From: Spironucleus salmonicida
Lineage: Eukaryota
Assembly: GCF_000497125.1 (NCBI RefSeq)
Contig: NC_090601.1
Coordinates: 496,001 to 560,000, forward strand
Reading direction: 5' to 3'
DNA: 64,000 bases
Program-made: the position numbers and the translations under genes
Notes under the pieces: model-generated
What the model was told of the DNA's origin: nothing
Seen by the model: the letters and a program-made list of their open reading frames with translations, nothing else
Database searches by the model: none
Shown here: positions 52,329 through 64,000 of the stretch, piece after piece
How positions within the stretch are numbered: the first letter of the stretch is position 1
Layout of the letters: each line of letters starts with the position of its first letter

Positions 52329-54953
52329 CAACAGCGTTAGCAGTGTTAGTACCTCGTGGGAATCATATTTAGCATTCCTCTTATTTTATATTAAACTGCG
52401 GAATCTGGTTGCAATAGTTAGTTATCGGCGTGTGAAACTTATGCAAGGATTTACTCTACTGAGCAAAATGTTAGAATAGTTCTTCTCACTATCTGAATAT
52501 AAAATATAGTTCGTCGTCGGCTCGGCGACAATATAGTTGCCTATTCAACCAGACATATCATCTAATTTTAATATTCTCAGTTAAGAGTCAGTGCTAAATT
52601 CTAAACTGAAGTCGTGTAGGTCACTCAATTGACTCTATTGGTCGGAGTCGGTAAATATTGCGCATAATACATCTTGATAAAATACTCACCGCTATATAGG
52701 CATCTCAAAGTATCCATAGAGGCTGCTATTTATATAATTATGTCATACTATACGATACCAACATTAATCACGAGCAAGTTAACCTTCACTCTAATCAAAA
52801 TGCATTGTGCGCTGACCTTCCTGAAAACGTGATGGTCGAGTTGTCAATCAACATGTATGGAATTACCTAACTGCCATATTAACAATTATATTAAACATCT
52901 TTGAGTATAGCAGAGCTTTCACGGATTACTTTTGCGATGCCTTCCCTGCGGTAACTGATAAAATTTATATGTATACCTCGTACCTACGCATCTGCACGTC
53001 TGGGGAGGTTATCTCGCCTTAATTTGAAAGCTTCCTAGTAATAAACTCTAATATCAGGATTAACGACTTCCATAATTCCACCACACATATTTTCTTAGAT
53101 ACAGTATATACGACACTGTGGCCGAATAGATAATATGAATTCCACATAAAACTAGCATCTGGGGCGTATATTACGTATATTTAGGAGCTCTCTGGATGTG
53201 AATGGCATCTGGTTCCAGGTACACCTCAACACCTTTGTGTATGCAAATTAGTAGCAGTAGCTAACGTTTAGCTCGAGCATTCTCTATTTAGGCAATCACC
53301 TATTTCTAAAGTGGTGAATCGCGTTTATCTGCAACCAAAACGCTAACTTAGTGCACTTTGAACACGAAATATACGAAATACTTCTGAACAATGTGCCAGA
53401 TATTATATAGTATGCGGCGGTAGGCTTTTTGACCGCACGGTTTCGTTTGAGCATCATGTTTGACATTCACTATATGAAGATTAGATGCAGAGCTTTGGCG
53501 ATATAACACTACTGGAACTGACTTGGCTCCTAAAATGGAGCATCCCTCTCGCATAATTCTCTATCACGAGCCCGTGTAGCAAAAGTAACTGATCTAACTT
53601 AGGGGAATCAATTATATAACCATAGCAAGGACCTGCAAGAGGATAGTGCGCGGGCAATTGTGCGATGGGGTGGTTTTTGATATTTTTTCGCATGAAAAAG
53701 ATGGCAGCGTAGTGTCCCATTATAAATACGTTACTCAAATCTGGCGACCCTGCTGGACCAGACTTACTGGATGAGTCTATTATGGTATGCATCAGAATAC
53801 TGCCATCTGCAGCAATGAACACTAGAGGAATTATGAAGGTGTTTTTGTACCACTAAGCTTAAGATAGTACGAGATAGTACGGAAAAGTAAAACTGGAGCG
53901 AATAGTGCAAAACTAGTGTTCAAGTTCTACCAAAAATACTTCTTAATGATAGCAACTATTGTTAATAAGTACTGCAGTATCGGCATTGACTTTATACCGC
54001 AGGTGGTTTAAACTAGAGCAGCATAACTGTATTTAGTATAGAAACTATTTTACTCACTACTGGCACTAACCTTGCGACCTTTGGCGTATATATGTCATGT
54101 CTATTGACCAAACTGTACAGGAAAGATCGGAGAAAGCGGTCGGGTAAGAAAATTTAGTATACGAACTAAGGTGTCTGAGTTATTTTATGGAATTCGAAAA
54201 TATTGGCTACTAACAAAATATGGGTGTTTTACCAGAAAATATGTTTTTAATAAACTACTACTAGCAGCAGTAAAGTTAATCAATCTACTCGCAATTTTAA
54301 CTTCAGTGCTTGTAAAAATAGTAATTCCAATACTAGTATCACATCGGCTGCGTTCAAACCCTGTCGGAATCATAACAGTTGTTACCATATCACAGTAAGC
54401 AAACTGCCCCATCCCCAACGCATTGAAACTAGCATGGTGCAAAGTGTAACTTTACTGTCTAGCTTACATGCGCTATGTATATTTTTCTAGCGCTCACATA
54501 AACTATACAGAGAACGGAGCAGGGAAATAGATTTGATTATATCTGCCAGCCGCATACAAATGATGCTGCAATAGGGCTGACACATGCGTGCTTAGCATCC
54601 ATGCGATACCTACTTGGAGCTAGATTCTACTCCTAAGTGGATCCGCTATCTTTCATAGTCTCAACTGAAGTTGTGCAAACTATAGTATTATTTTTGCATA
54701 TGAGCTGATTGAGCTGGTCACAGCCCCTTCGGCAGATATTTGTGTATAATACTAAAAACCTTAAGTACCACATGTGCCTGTCGCATCCGCCAACGAAATA
54801 TAATTCACTCTACAGCTCCCTAGACTCTATGCAAAATAAAAATCAGAAATCTAGCATATTCAGTCTACGCCATTAAGTTCGCTAACTTTAGGAAACCTCG
54901 CGAAAGCCACGACATTTACAATATTTTTACCCTACCATATCCCTATCAGGTCA

Positions 54954-55868
54954 TCATTCTGCGTAGTAGCTATCCATCTTCAACCCCTAGAAATCGTTCG
55001 ATTTCGTGCGCTGACTTATAGAAACCGTCCTCGAAGACAGAATAGAGTTCCGCCGTGTCGGGATACCCCGCTAGCGGAGCTGGTAAACTGCAATAGCACA
55101 TACTTAGAACACTGCAACCGCAACGAGAACCACAATGGCTACCACCATTCCGCATTCCCTGGTCCCCCATTTCGGCAACAAGCTTACGCATTGCAGCTCC
55201 AGATAGTCAAATCGTTCTCCCTTCCTGCAGCTAACATCAATACAGGTCCCGTGTACAATCTAGAACCTGTTCATGCACTCGATGCAGAAATCACCTATCA
55301 GTGCGTTCGGGTCTTTGCATGAGCTGCAGTTGGCCGTGGAATCGAGGCGCGAGCTGAAGCACTAACACACCTGACCATCACAAAACCCCCGCTCTGCGCA
55401 CTCGGTCCCGCCGGTGATGCAGCCCTGGAAAACGCACTTGCGGCCGATGAGTACATGGTTCTCCAGACATGACGCGCAGGCCCTTCCGCCGTCGAAATTA
55501 GGGTCGTAGCACGCACACTACCCTATTTCCAAGCAGACTCCCCTGCCGCTGCAGATAGTTGGACCTGCAACGCACGCTGCTGGTCGGCACTCCAAGTTGG
55601 GCTCAGGGCCGAAGAACACCGAGTTTTGAACGCAGGCTAGGCATCGTGATACTGAGGAGTTATAGGGGTACTCGGTGCAGGGTTGACAGGAAAACACCCC
55701 GGGTGGCACGGCAGCGTTACTGACAAATAGGCACTCCGCGCGGCCCGCGCAGTCACCGAAAACAGTCTCGCAGTCGTTCTATACACACGTTAAATCCATA
55801 TCAGAGTGCTACTTATAGCCGCGTTTGCACTAGCAGAAGAAGCCTGATGTCCCATCTTCGCAGCTCAT
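54954..55868 (-). CDS. EGF/tenascin-like cysteine-rich membrane protein (304 aa)
   Basis: MSCEDGTSGFFCQCKRGY; CSGRGVC...CAC and CAERGFC...CQC repeats; TM MVVAIVVLVAVAVFQVCAIAVY. Confidence 0.85.
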
Positions 55869-57216
55869 TTTGGAAGGTGAGATATTATGAATGTTATATC
55901 GAAGAAATAGGATGTATTCGCGATCCATAGCATTAGTATTATATGATAATTAATATATTATTTTAAAATAGCTTTACTTCCGATTTAGACGAAATTATCC
56001 GAAATAGTAGATGGAATAAAAATAGTATCACTTGACTATTATAGGTAACCACATATCGAACTATCTACTTTGAAAGAGTATTGAGGAAACGGTATAGCTC
56101 ATAGTAATTATAAAAGATGCAATTTACAATTATTGCGTTGACAATACTGGGAAACACGGTCTTGCTGCCGCGATCTTATAACTAAAGTTTCTATAACCGC
56201 AATTTTTAAATAATGAGACGCTGGATTCTGTGTTGTAATCTGGAAAATACGTTATTTGCAGCATTTCTCCTCGAATGCAATATTTATGTAGCCAAATCGA
56301 AAGTATATGTCTTGGTTATCTATCAAACCAACCTACAGTCGAGAGCTAAGGAAACTTTTGGGCAGTAATACTTATCAGTCCGTGATGATAATAATCGGTA
56401 GTCGTTATAGTATTTGTAAATTTAATGATAAGGATACACCATAGTAACGGAACGAGGAAAGGTCATGCATATGTGGTGTTGTATAATGTATATTTTTGAA
56501 TAATATATTTTTTGAAGCTTATTATTTTAGTTAGTAGCTGATATATAGTTTTACTTCTATTTAACTTATAAAAAATGATTTAAATGAAGTTTTTTATAAT
56601 TTTTAATATATTCTAACTAGCATTTTTAAAAATTATCTTCTAGCAAATATAGCATGACACTTTACAAAAGGAGTTAAGATAATTATGTAAATTTTTATTA
56701 ATTATTTTATTCTTTAGTCATAATTATTATTTTACTTTTTAGTAAATATTAAAATCATATTTAACTCATTAGAAATCTAAGTGCAAGATATAATTGTTGT
56801 ATGTTATCTATTACACAATTGTAATAAGGTATAATATATATAATTCATTATGCTAGTACTATCTTATATATTGATGAAGTGGATTTAACTTAGTTATTTT
56901 TATAATAATAATACTTAGTTACCTATTTTCAGAATATTATAATAGTAGCTATATAAAAATATCCAGTAAAATCAATATACTTTTACTAGTAATTTACCCG
57001 CTTTTAAATATTTTAAATATAGTTAATAATCGTAACTAGTAATCATACTAAGAAAAATGAACAATTATGAAAACAAATATTGATATTAATATATTTGCTT
57101 AATTATATAATACACTAGATTATTTTTATATTTAATAACAAGATTTGTTTGAAAAACTGAAACTTATACTTTTAAATAAAAAACGAGCTTATGATTATTA
57201 AGATACTTCAATTAAA

Positions 57217-58719
57217 TCAGTATATGGAGATAGCAACCACTCCTGGTGATTTGCGAGCTTTCTTTACAACAATATAAGCAGTAATGCAGACGCAGCTGAT
57301 CAGGGCCAGGACGGCCGCAATTACACCAAGATAAGCCCCAACTTCGAACGTTCCAGCAGAATGCTCATCCGCACTTTCTTCACCAGCTTGTTGCTTCTCT
57401 AATTCCCAGTCTGCTGGTTTCACGCAAATCCCTGTATAGTCCATGTGAATAGCATTAAGGCACTGTTTGCAAGTATTATTATCTGGATTGCATAGGGCAC
57501 AGTTTTTCGCGACTCCACAACTGCACATAGAGGTACTGTCCTCAGTACACAGCTCTGGTTTTCCATTCTTGCAGTAATAGCCAACTGGGAGGTTTTCGCA
57601 TTTAGGGGTACACAAGCCGGAGGTTGTGATGATAAACTAATTCTCGTCGCAAAATGAACATGTGTGATTAGAGTAATCTAAAACGTGAGTATCATCACAC
57701 TTCAAACACCTCTAGTCTGCATTACATTATGAGCAGCCTAAAAGGCATCTTTTGGTATGGGGACTGGTATCTGCCTACTCTATCATTATTCTAGTACAGT
57801 TTCCATTTGCACATTCTATGCAATTCTATGTCGGTACGTTATCCAGGCAGTAGCACGAATCCCCGAACTTCATATCTTCTCTACATGGTAAGCACTGCAC
57901 TAGATGATTACTTGTAGCTGGGCAGTAAAAACCTGCCTTGCATGTATAATCTACTCTAGAACAGGTACCAGAGTTCCAGTGGGTCAAATAACTGGGAATA
58001 CAGAAATTATCAAGCATTTCGTAACCATAGCTGCACTGTGTGCAGGCTCCGAACATGTCCTGCTGATAATGCGGTAAGCAGGAGGTACAGTATCCGGCCA
58101 ATGAGCAGGTAGCACAGTTTTTCTGTTCTCCGCACTTGCACGCCGAAGTGCATCCCTCAAAACAGGGTTCAGCCTTACCTTCCTTGCAGTACTCTCCATT
58201 CTACAGGTTTAAGCATCCCATTTCGCAAATTCCACTGACGGTGAGAGTGTATTAGTCAGAGATACACGAATAGCAGAATGATGGTGAAATGCACCATTGG
58301 CAGAACGGTCCACAGGATTCGCACTAGTTAGTAATCAAGTTACAGTATTTCCCTTTTCTATCCATACAGTCAGTATTTGTGAAGCACTTAGGAGTACATA
58401 TTTTTCTTGCTGAATTGAATATATAGCCGTCTTCACACCTAGTGCAATTATACTCTGACTTGCAGTCTTTACAACCTTAGGTGCATTTTAAGCATCTGGT
58501 AAGATTAGTATAGAATCCAGGTAAACATTTTAAACAATACCTGCTTCTACACTCAATACAATTTTTAATGCTTTTTTTGGCTGTACAATTACATCCATAG
58601 CCGACTGGTATATCTATTGAGCATTTCTAACATGTTTCATGTAGCACACCTGAAGCAGGGCAGTAATAGTTAATATCACAAACATTATTTCCAACCGAAC
58701 AATAGGTCTTTGCAGTCAT
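57217..58719 (-). CDS. Cysteine-rich membrane protein, two modules (500 aa)
   Basis: MTAKTYCSVGNNVCDINYYCPA; second module NSGTCSRVDYTCKAGFYCPA; TM followed by KKARKSPGVVAISIY. Confidence 0.9.
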
Positions 58720-59648
58720 TTTGAAACTAAGATTAAAATCTACCATCATACATTTTCGATATTGTGAAGGTTTGAGTTTCTGTCTATTTGGGGATCTTAT
58801 CATACTGCTACGAACGCTCAAGTCTCTAAGGAGCCCACTTATAGTCCTTCAGCTTTTGGTATCAAAGTATGGCAATAGAGTTATTTTATATAGGAACTTA
58901 AGTCCGATGGAATATACCTGGTCGCGGGTGCAGTTTCGAAGTTTCTGGGAGATTTTTAAAAATTCTAATTTGGGAGTGACTTGAGTAGATATTCATTGTA
59001 TACTTATTTGTGGTTTATCAGTTAGCGATATTTAGCAGACAGTTCACTCCAAAAATTAAAAACATTTTAGGCATTGCTGGGCGATGATGCTGCGTATCTA
59101 CAATTTTAGAGAATCGCATTAACATTAGGGGTATATTGTGGTAGTAGATGATATGATGGACAACCGATTCAATTCTGGGGTTTCTGATTTCGTACGTGCC
59201 TAGATCACGTACACGAACATATGAGTATTATGCTCATCCCCCAAGCTAAATGAAACCAGACATAGAGTTCAAGCTGCATGCGGAACCAGAGATGGCTGAC
59301 CTCGAAATGCAACCTAACTCTTTCATTGGAGATATACACGCAAGAATTAGCAGCCGGAGCAACTGCAGGTGGCAGCATTACCACTGTCCCGAAAATGAAG
59401 GAGACGCGTCCAATGGATTAGGAAGCCCTCGAAGTAACTTGGTCGGATATATAGGGAGTGCAGCTAGATGACCTACAGGGGTACAAGCTGGTCCGCTTCT
59501 TCTGGATACTACCATCATCCGCTAGAGCCAGCTGGTCTGAATGAATATGGTGCCCCTAGTATAACGGGACGGATCATATATACCTTAATAGATTAGAATA
59601 ATTGTGAACATTTACTGTTGTTGGCTAGAATGGACCCTCTCTGACAAA

Positions 59649-61772
59649 ATGTCTCCTGATATCCATTATTGGGTGCCGATATACGGATTATTATGCCATC
59701 ACGAGCTCCTAGCAGCGATGCATTACACACTATGTTCTGTATGGCGCAATACCACAGATTGCAACCAGGCGGATGGATATTACTGTAATGAGGATACGCA
59801 CCAATGCAAGCACCGCGGCGAGTTCTGTGGGGGATGCTTGTCATAAGATTTCTGCTATAAGTGCATTTCGAAAGAGGACGTCCTAAATAGTAATGGGACG
59901 TGCACGACGGGATGCAAGGACCTGGAAGAGGGCTTTTACTGCAATGAGGGAAAGTAAGAGCCGTGCTTTGAGGGCATCGCCTCAGCATGCAGGTGCAAGA
60001 GCGGGGACAACTGCGCAACCTGCTCGATCTACGGGAACTGCCATGCATGCTTACCCAATTATTAGATTAACGAGTATGGGAACTGCTTCTAGTGCGCGCC
60101 GGGGTACGAGATCAAAGCCTAAACTTGCGTTCCAACCCAATATTCGCAGGCAGAGGCTGGCACATGCTCCCTATCCGTATAAGGCTGCAGGGCTGGCTTC
60201 TTCTGCCCCGCCGTGGATAAGTTTTTTGTAAAATGCCAAAAGTGCAATGAGAACATGACTCTCGAACAATCATGCTATTGCGTTGATTATATCCCCACAG
60301 CTAACTGCATACAATGCGCAGGGCTCTCCTGTGGCTAGTACCATATCGCCCAGCACGACCACACGACACCTCTTCACAAGTGCCATCACGGCTGCTTCGA
60401 GTGTGATGAAAACAGGACGTGCTTAAGGTGCGCTCAAACCTATGTTTACGACGAAAACTCCAACACATGCAACAATTATTGCTAGAACAACAAAGATTGT
60501 GAAATAGCACTGGGAAGCTTCTGCGACACGGGCTCTAAGCGGTGCACGGCATGCCAAGCGGGGTGCCTGAAATGCAGTGCGAGCGACTTCTGCGAAAAGT
60601 GCGACCCAAGCAACTATGTCACAACGACAGCTGGACTTTGCACCCCGAAATGCGATTACCTGCTAGGCAGCTTCTACTGCAATAACGGAGCGCCGGCAGG
60701 ATGCGAGGACGGCATCACGTCGCAGTGCAAGTGCGGTGATTCGCAAAACTGTGCCACCTGCACGCAGACCGGAAAGTGTGCATCGTGCTTTTCCCGTTTC
60801 GCCCTAAGCGGAAAAGGAGATTGCCAGCTATGCCAAAGGGGCTATGCGCATATAGGGGACCTGTGTGTTGCAGTAAGAGTGGACCCCGAGGTGTCGGGCT
60901 CATGCACAAGCGAGCAGCCGACGTGCAAGGCTGGCTACTTTTGCCCCGCCGTTGGCTCTCAACGCGTCTAGTGCTAGCTCTGCCACGAGGATATGGCGCT
61001 TGGCGAGTCGTGTTACTGCGCGGACCACGTGCCAAGTAAAAACTGCGTCGAGTGCGTGAATGGCTAATGCACTAGAAGTCAGTATGACCACAAAGAGCAT
61101 GTTCCGAGTCACCCAAAATGCCTTTCTGGATGTTACGAGTGTGACGAATAGCAAAAGTGCTTAATGTGTGCTTAAACTTTCATATTAGATTAAGCAGCCA
61201 ACACATGCAGTAACAAGTGCGAAACGAACCAGGACTGCGCCAAGGTGATTGCAAGCTTTTGCGACACCGACACGAAGCGCTGCACCGAATGTCCTGCTGG
61301 ATGTAGTTTTTGCAGTTCGGCAACTTTTTGCGATAAATGCGAAGATCGCAATTATGTCTTAACCACTACTGGGCTTTGTACGTCGAAGTGTGAAAACATT
61401 CCACTTGGATTTTACTGCAATGACGGGTTACCTGAACCGTGCCATGAAAACATAACATCTTAATGCAACTGTGGGAACTCCTAAAACTGCGCCCTTTGCA
61501 ATTCTAACCATAAGGGATGCTTGAAATGCCTACCCAACATGCAGAAAAATACATATGGTATGTGCTTAACTGCTCTGGAATGGAAATTGTAAAACTAAAA
61601 AGCGGATGGGGAAGTCAAGTAGGAGCTCACACGCGATACTCTTGGTATTAGCACCTACCTTGGAGCTGCTGCTGCTATTGGTATTTTGACCTTCAGCGTT
61701 GGCGCTGTGGCGTACATTGCCGTGAAGAAGGCCCGCAAGGCCGCTGGAGTCGCTGCTACTGCCATCAACTGA
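59649..61772 (+). CDS. Cysteine-rich membrane protein, about 2.5 modules, degenerate 5' end (707 aa; may be a pseudogene)
   Basis: Continuous frame to TGA 61772; modules EAGTCSLSVQGCRAGFFCPA and VSGSCTSEQPTCKAGYFCPA; TM followed by KKARKAAGVAATAIN. Start codon uncertain. Confidence 0.75.
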
Positions 61773-64000
61773 TATAATTAATTCACTGTACCATAACAGC
61801 CCGCTCTGCTCAGCCATAATTTTGAATTTCAATTTAGCATAAGCTTCTTGATATTAAAACTGAAGGCATTTTCAATCCTTAATATTGGGTACAACGATGT
61901 CCATGCATAGTAAGATGTATCGAAAGTGTACTCGGCAAGTAAAATATGATAGCCAAATATTATTAGTTCGATACTTTTTCAATTTGATCTGTAGCAATAG
62001 CATGGTTTTAAAGTATAGAAGCAAGGCGGCCAAGTATCAAATATGTAAAGGTCGCAGCATAAAACTGGAAAGAATCAAATCGCGTTAGCGATTAAGTGAA
62101 TAACCCGTTTATGTCGCCATCCTATATGCTTTTCTCTATGTCATGTATTTCCACTAAATCATAGTCAAAGCATATTGGCCTGCCTTTCGCACGCAGGCTG
62201 TTAGACATTTCTGATACCGGGTGCTTTCTTTTCACAAGTGACTGTTTATCAGCAGGTGCGAAGGCATTCATGCGAACTGCCTACCAGCTATGTTCGTTTG
62301 CAGCACTACCAAGCACTGCTCCCGACGGGCGCTGCCGGAGTACGGTGCGGAGCACAGCGGATTCCTCGCCGTTTTCGCAATCGGTGTTGCAGCGAGGAAC
62401 CAGAGAGCTCGAGGGAATTTTTATTACCTGCAGTACATTGCCGCCCAACACCTCCGGGAGACAGTGTCTACCCCAACCATGCTTTGTCGTACTAGAGACA
62501 TCGCTCCATTGCGGCCTAGCCTTAGTGCGAAGTTTGCTCCAACCGAAATCTCTAAATAAGACATGCACATCCAGTACCGGGCCAGAAAACAATGGAACAT
62601 GTTCAATCACGGTGGCTGCTGGTGAGTGCTAGAGCATGCGCCTTCCAGGGTTACACTAGTAATACATCCCACACGCCGCAAACCTGAGCAAGCGAACTAG
62701 CACCAGCCCAGGCGCCAGATGGCCGTTTTTCAGGAAGCAAAGCTCCGACCTGTGTACGCTGCAGGTTAGACGCATCCTTTACGGTAGTCCAATATTTTTA
62801 GTCAGACCCACTCGCAAAATTTCAGCGATTGGTGGTTGGGTACCAGCAGGACATACTATCGCCTGCGAAAACGATTGCAGCTCACTGCCAAAATCAGTTT
62901 TGCAGTTTTCGCGTAGACTACTTCCTGCGCACTGTTCCGTCCATTATTGTAGGCAGTGGTGTTGGCAGCTTCAGTCTTAGACTCAGCCTGGCACCGCAAG
63001 TCTAATTCCTACGGGGCAGCAGACATATGGCTCGTTTGCAGCCAGAAGCCCTGATCACCTAATGCTGTCTAGAATAGGGGCATTGGTACGTGCTGTTGCG
63101 ACTGCAAGAGCCGGTAAACGATGGTTATAACACACGCCCAAAGAGATGCAAGTCCACGTCCGAAGGTTAGCGCCTGACGCTAGATTCTCTGCCGCTCACC
63201 AAGCTGCAAACCTCATCGACCTCCAATTGTCATCCTTGCCTATTGCAGCGGATATGGCATGATGGTAACGAGGAACCGGCGAACACAAAATTGGCTTGGC
63301 GCCAGCCTTCGTCCCGTGTTCGCGCTAGGTTACCATCGAGTGAGGCTGCAATAGCTGCATGCCTCTGGGAATCGCAACGAGAGCCTTCCGCCCTCGAAGT
63401 TCTTTACAATAGCAGCGGTAACCCGGTCTGGAGAGCTTAACAATCTAGTATTCAGCTTTCTTCGCTGCTATTGCTTGATAAAAGTTAGTCCCACTGCAAA
63501 TGCATGTGGTTTCTGCCAGGCGGCGCTGTGTAGACCTGTATGGATGATACTCGGAGAGGAAATACTAGTATCCTCACTGGCAAGGAAAAGAGCACGCCGT
63601 GCACTTGCTCCAGCGCGACATGAATGTAATTGGGAGGGTTATCACGGGAGGTGGGAGCAGCCGTAAATTGTAAAGAAATGCTGCGATGAATCTGAATGCG
63701 GTATGCCCCAGGGTATATCGCTGCATTTGGCAATCGGGCAGCTAGATACATAAGGGTATCATATACGGTCACACCTCGCAGCTTCACGAAATAACCAAAG
63801 CTGATGCTATGAGCACGCCGTGGCAGCTTCGCTCAGCCGTATCGTCATTATCCCGATACCAGGTGCATGCCGAGCTAGCTGCGCCATCATCCACGCATGA
63901 ACTGGGTGTTTGCTGGTAGAGAATGGGCAGCTGGGTATCTATCATCCCCATCCAGGCCTATTCACTTCCGCTGCGAACCTAACCGGACGCAGCTCCTCGC

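Overview
Eukaryotic, intron-poor, AT-rich DNA in which TAA/TAG encode Gln and TGA is the only stop (translation table 6). Together with cysteine-rich membrane protein (CRMP) genes and stop codons often embedded in AGTGA, this points to a hexamitid diplomonad such as Spironucleus (inference). The supplied ORF track uses the standard code, so it fragments or misses most real genes. All CDS coordinates below were re-read by hand with TAR=Gln. Recognisable genes: katanin p60-like AAA ATPase, alpha/beta hydrolase, glucosamine-6-P N-acetyltransferase, two HAD hydrolases, 2-Cys peroxiredoxin, UBX-like protein, Sm/LSm protein, Rac GTPase, Derlin, MLF-like protein, Maelstrom-like DEDDh nuclease, SPEC3/Stum-like protein, tRNA-Ser(AGA) and seven cysteine-rich membrane protein genes. 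Structural features: two large inverted duplications (about 1.6-kb and 3.6-kb arms) each enclosing unique genes, a GC-rich island of gene fragments, an about 600-bp (TTA)n tract and decayed surface-protein genes. Most notable unexplained items: three paralogous about 60-aa microproteins, a Maelstrom-like nuclease that keeps its catalytic residues, and a type-I membrane protein with a possible class II fusogen-like layout (speculative).
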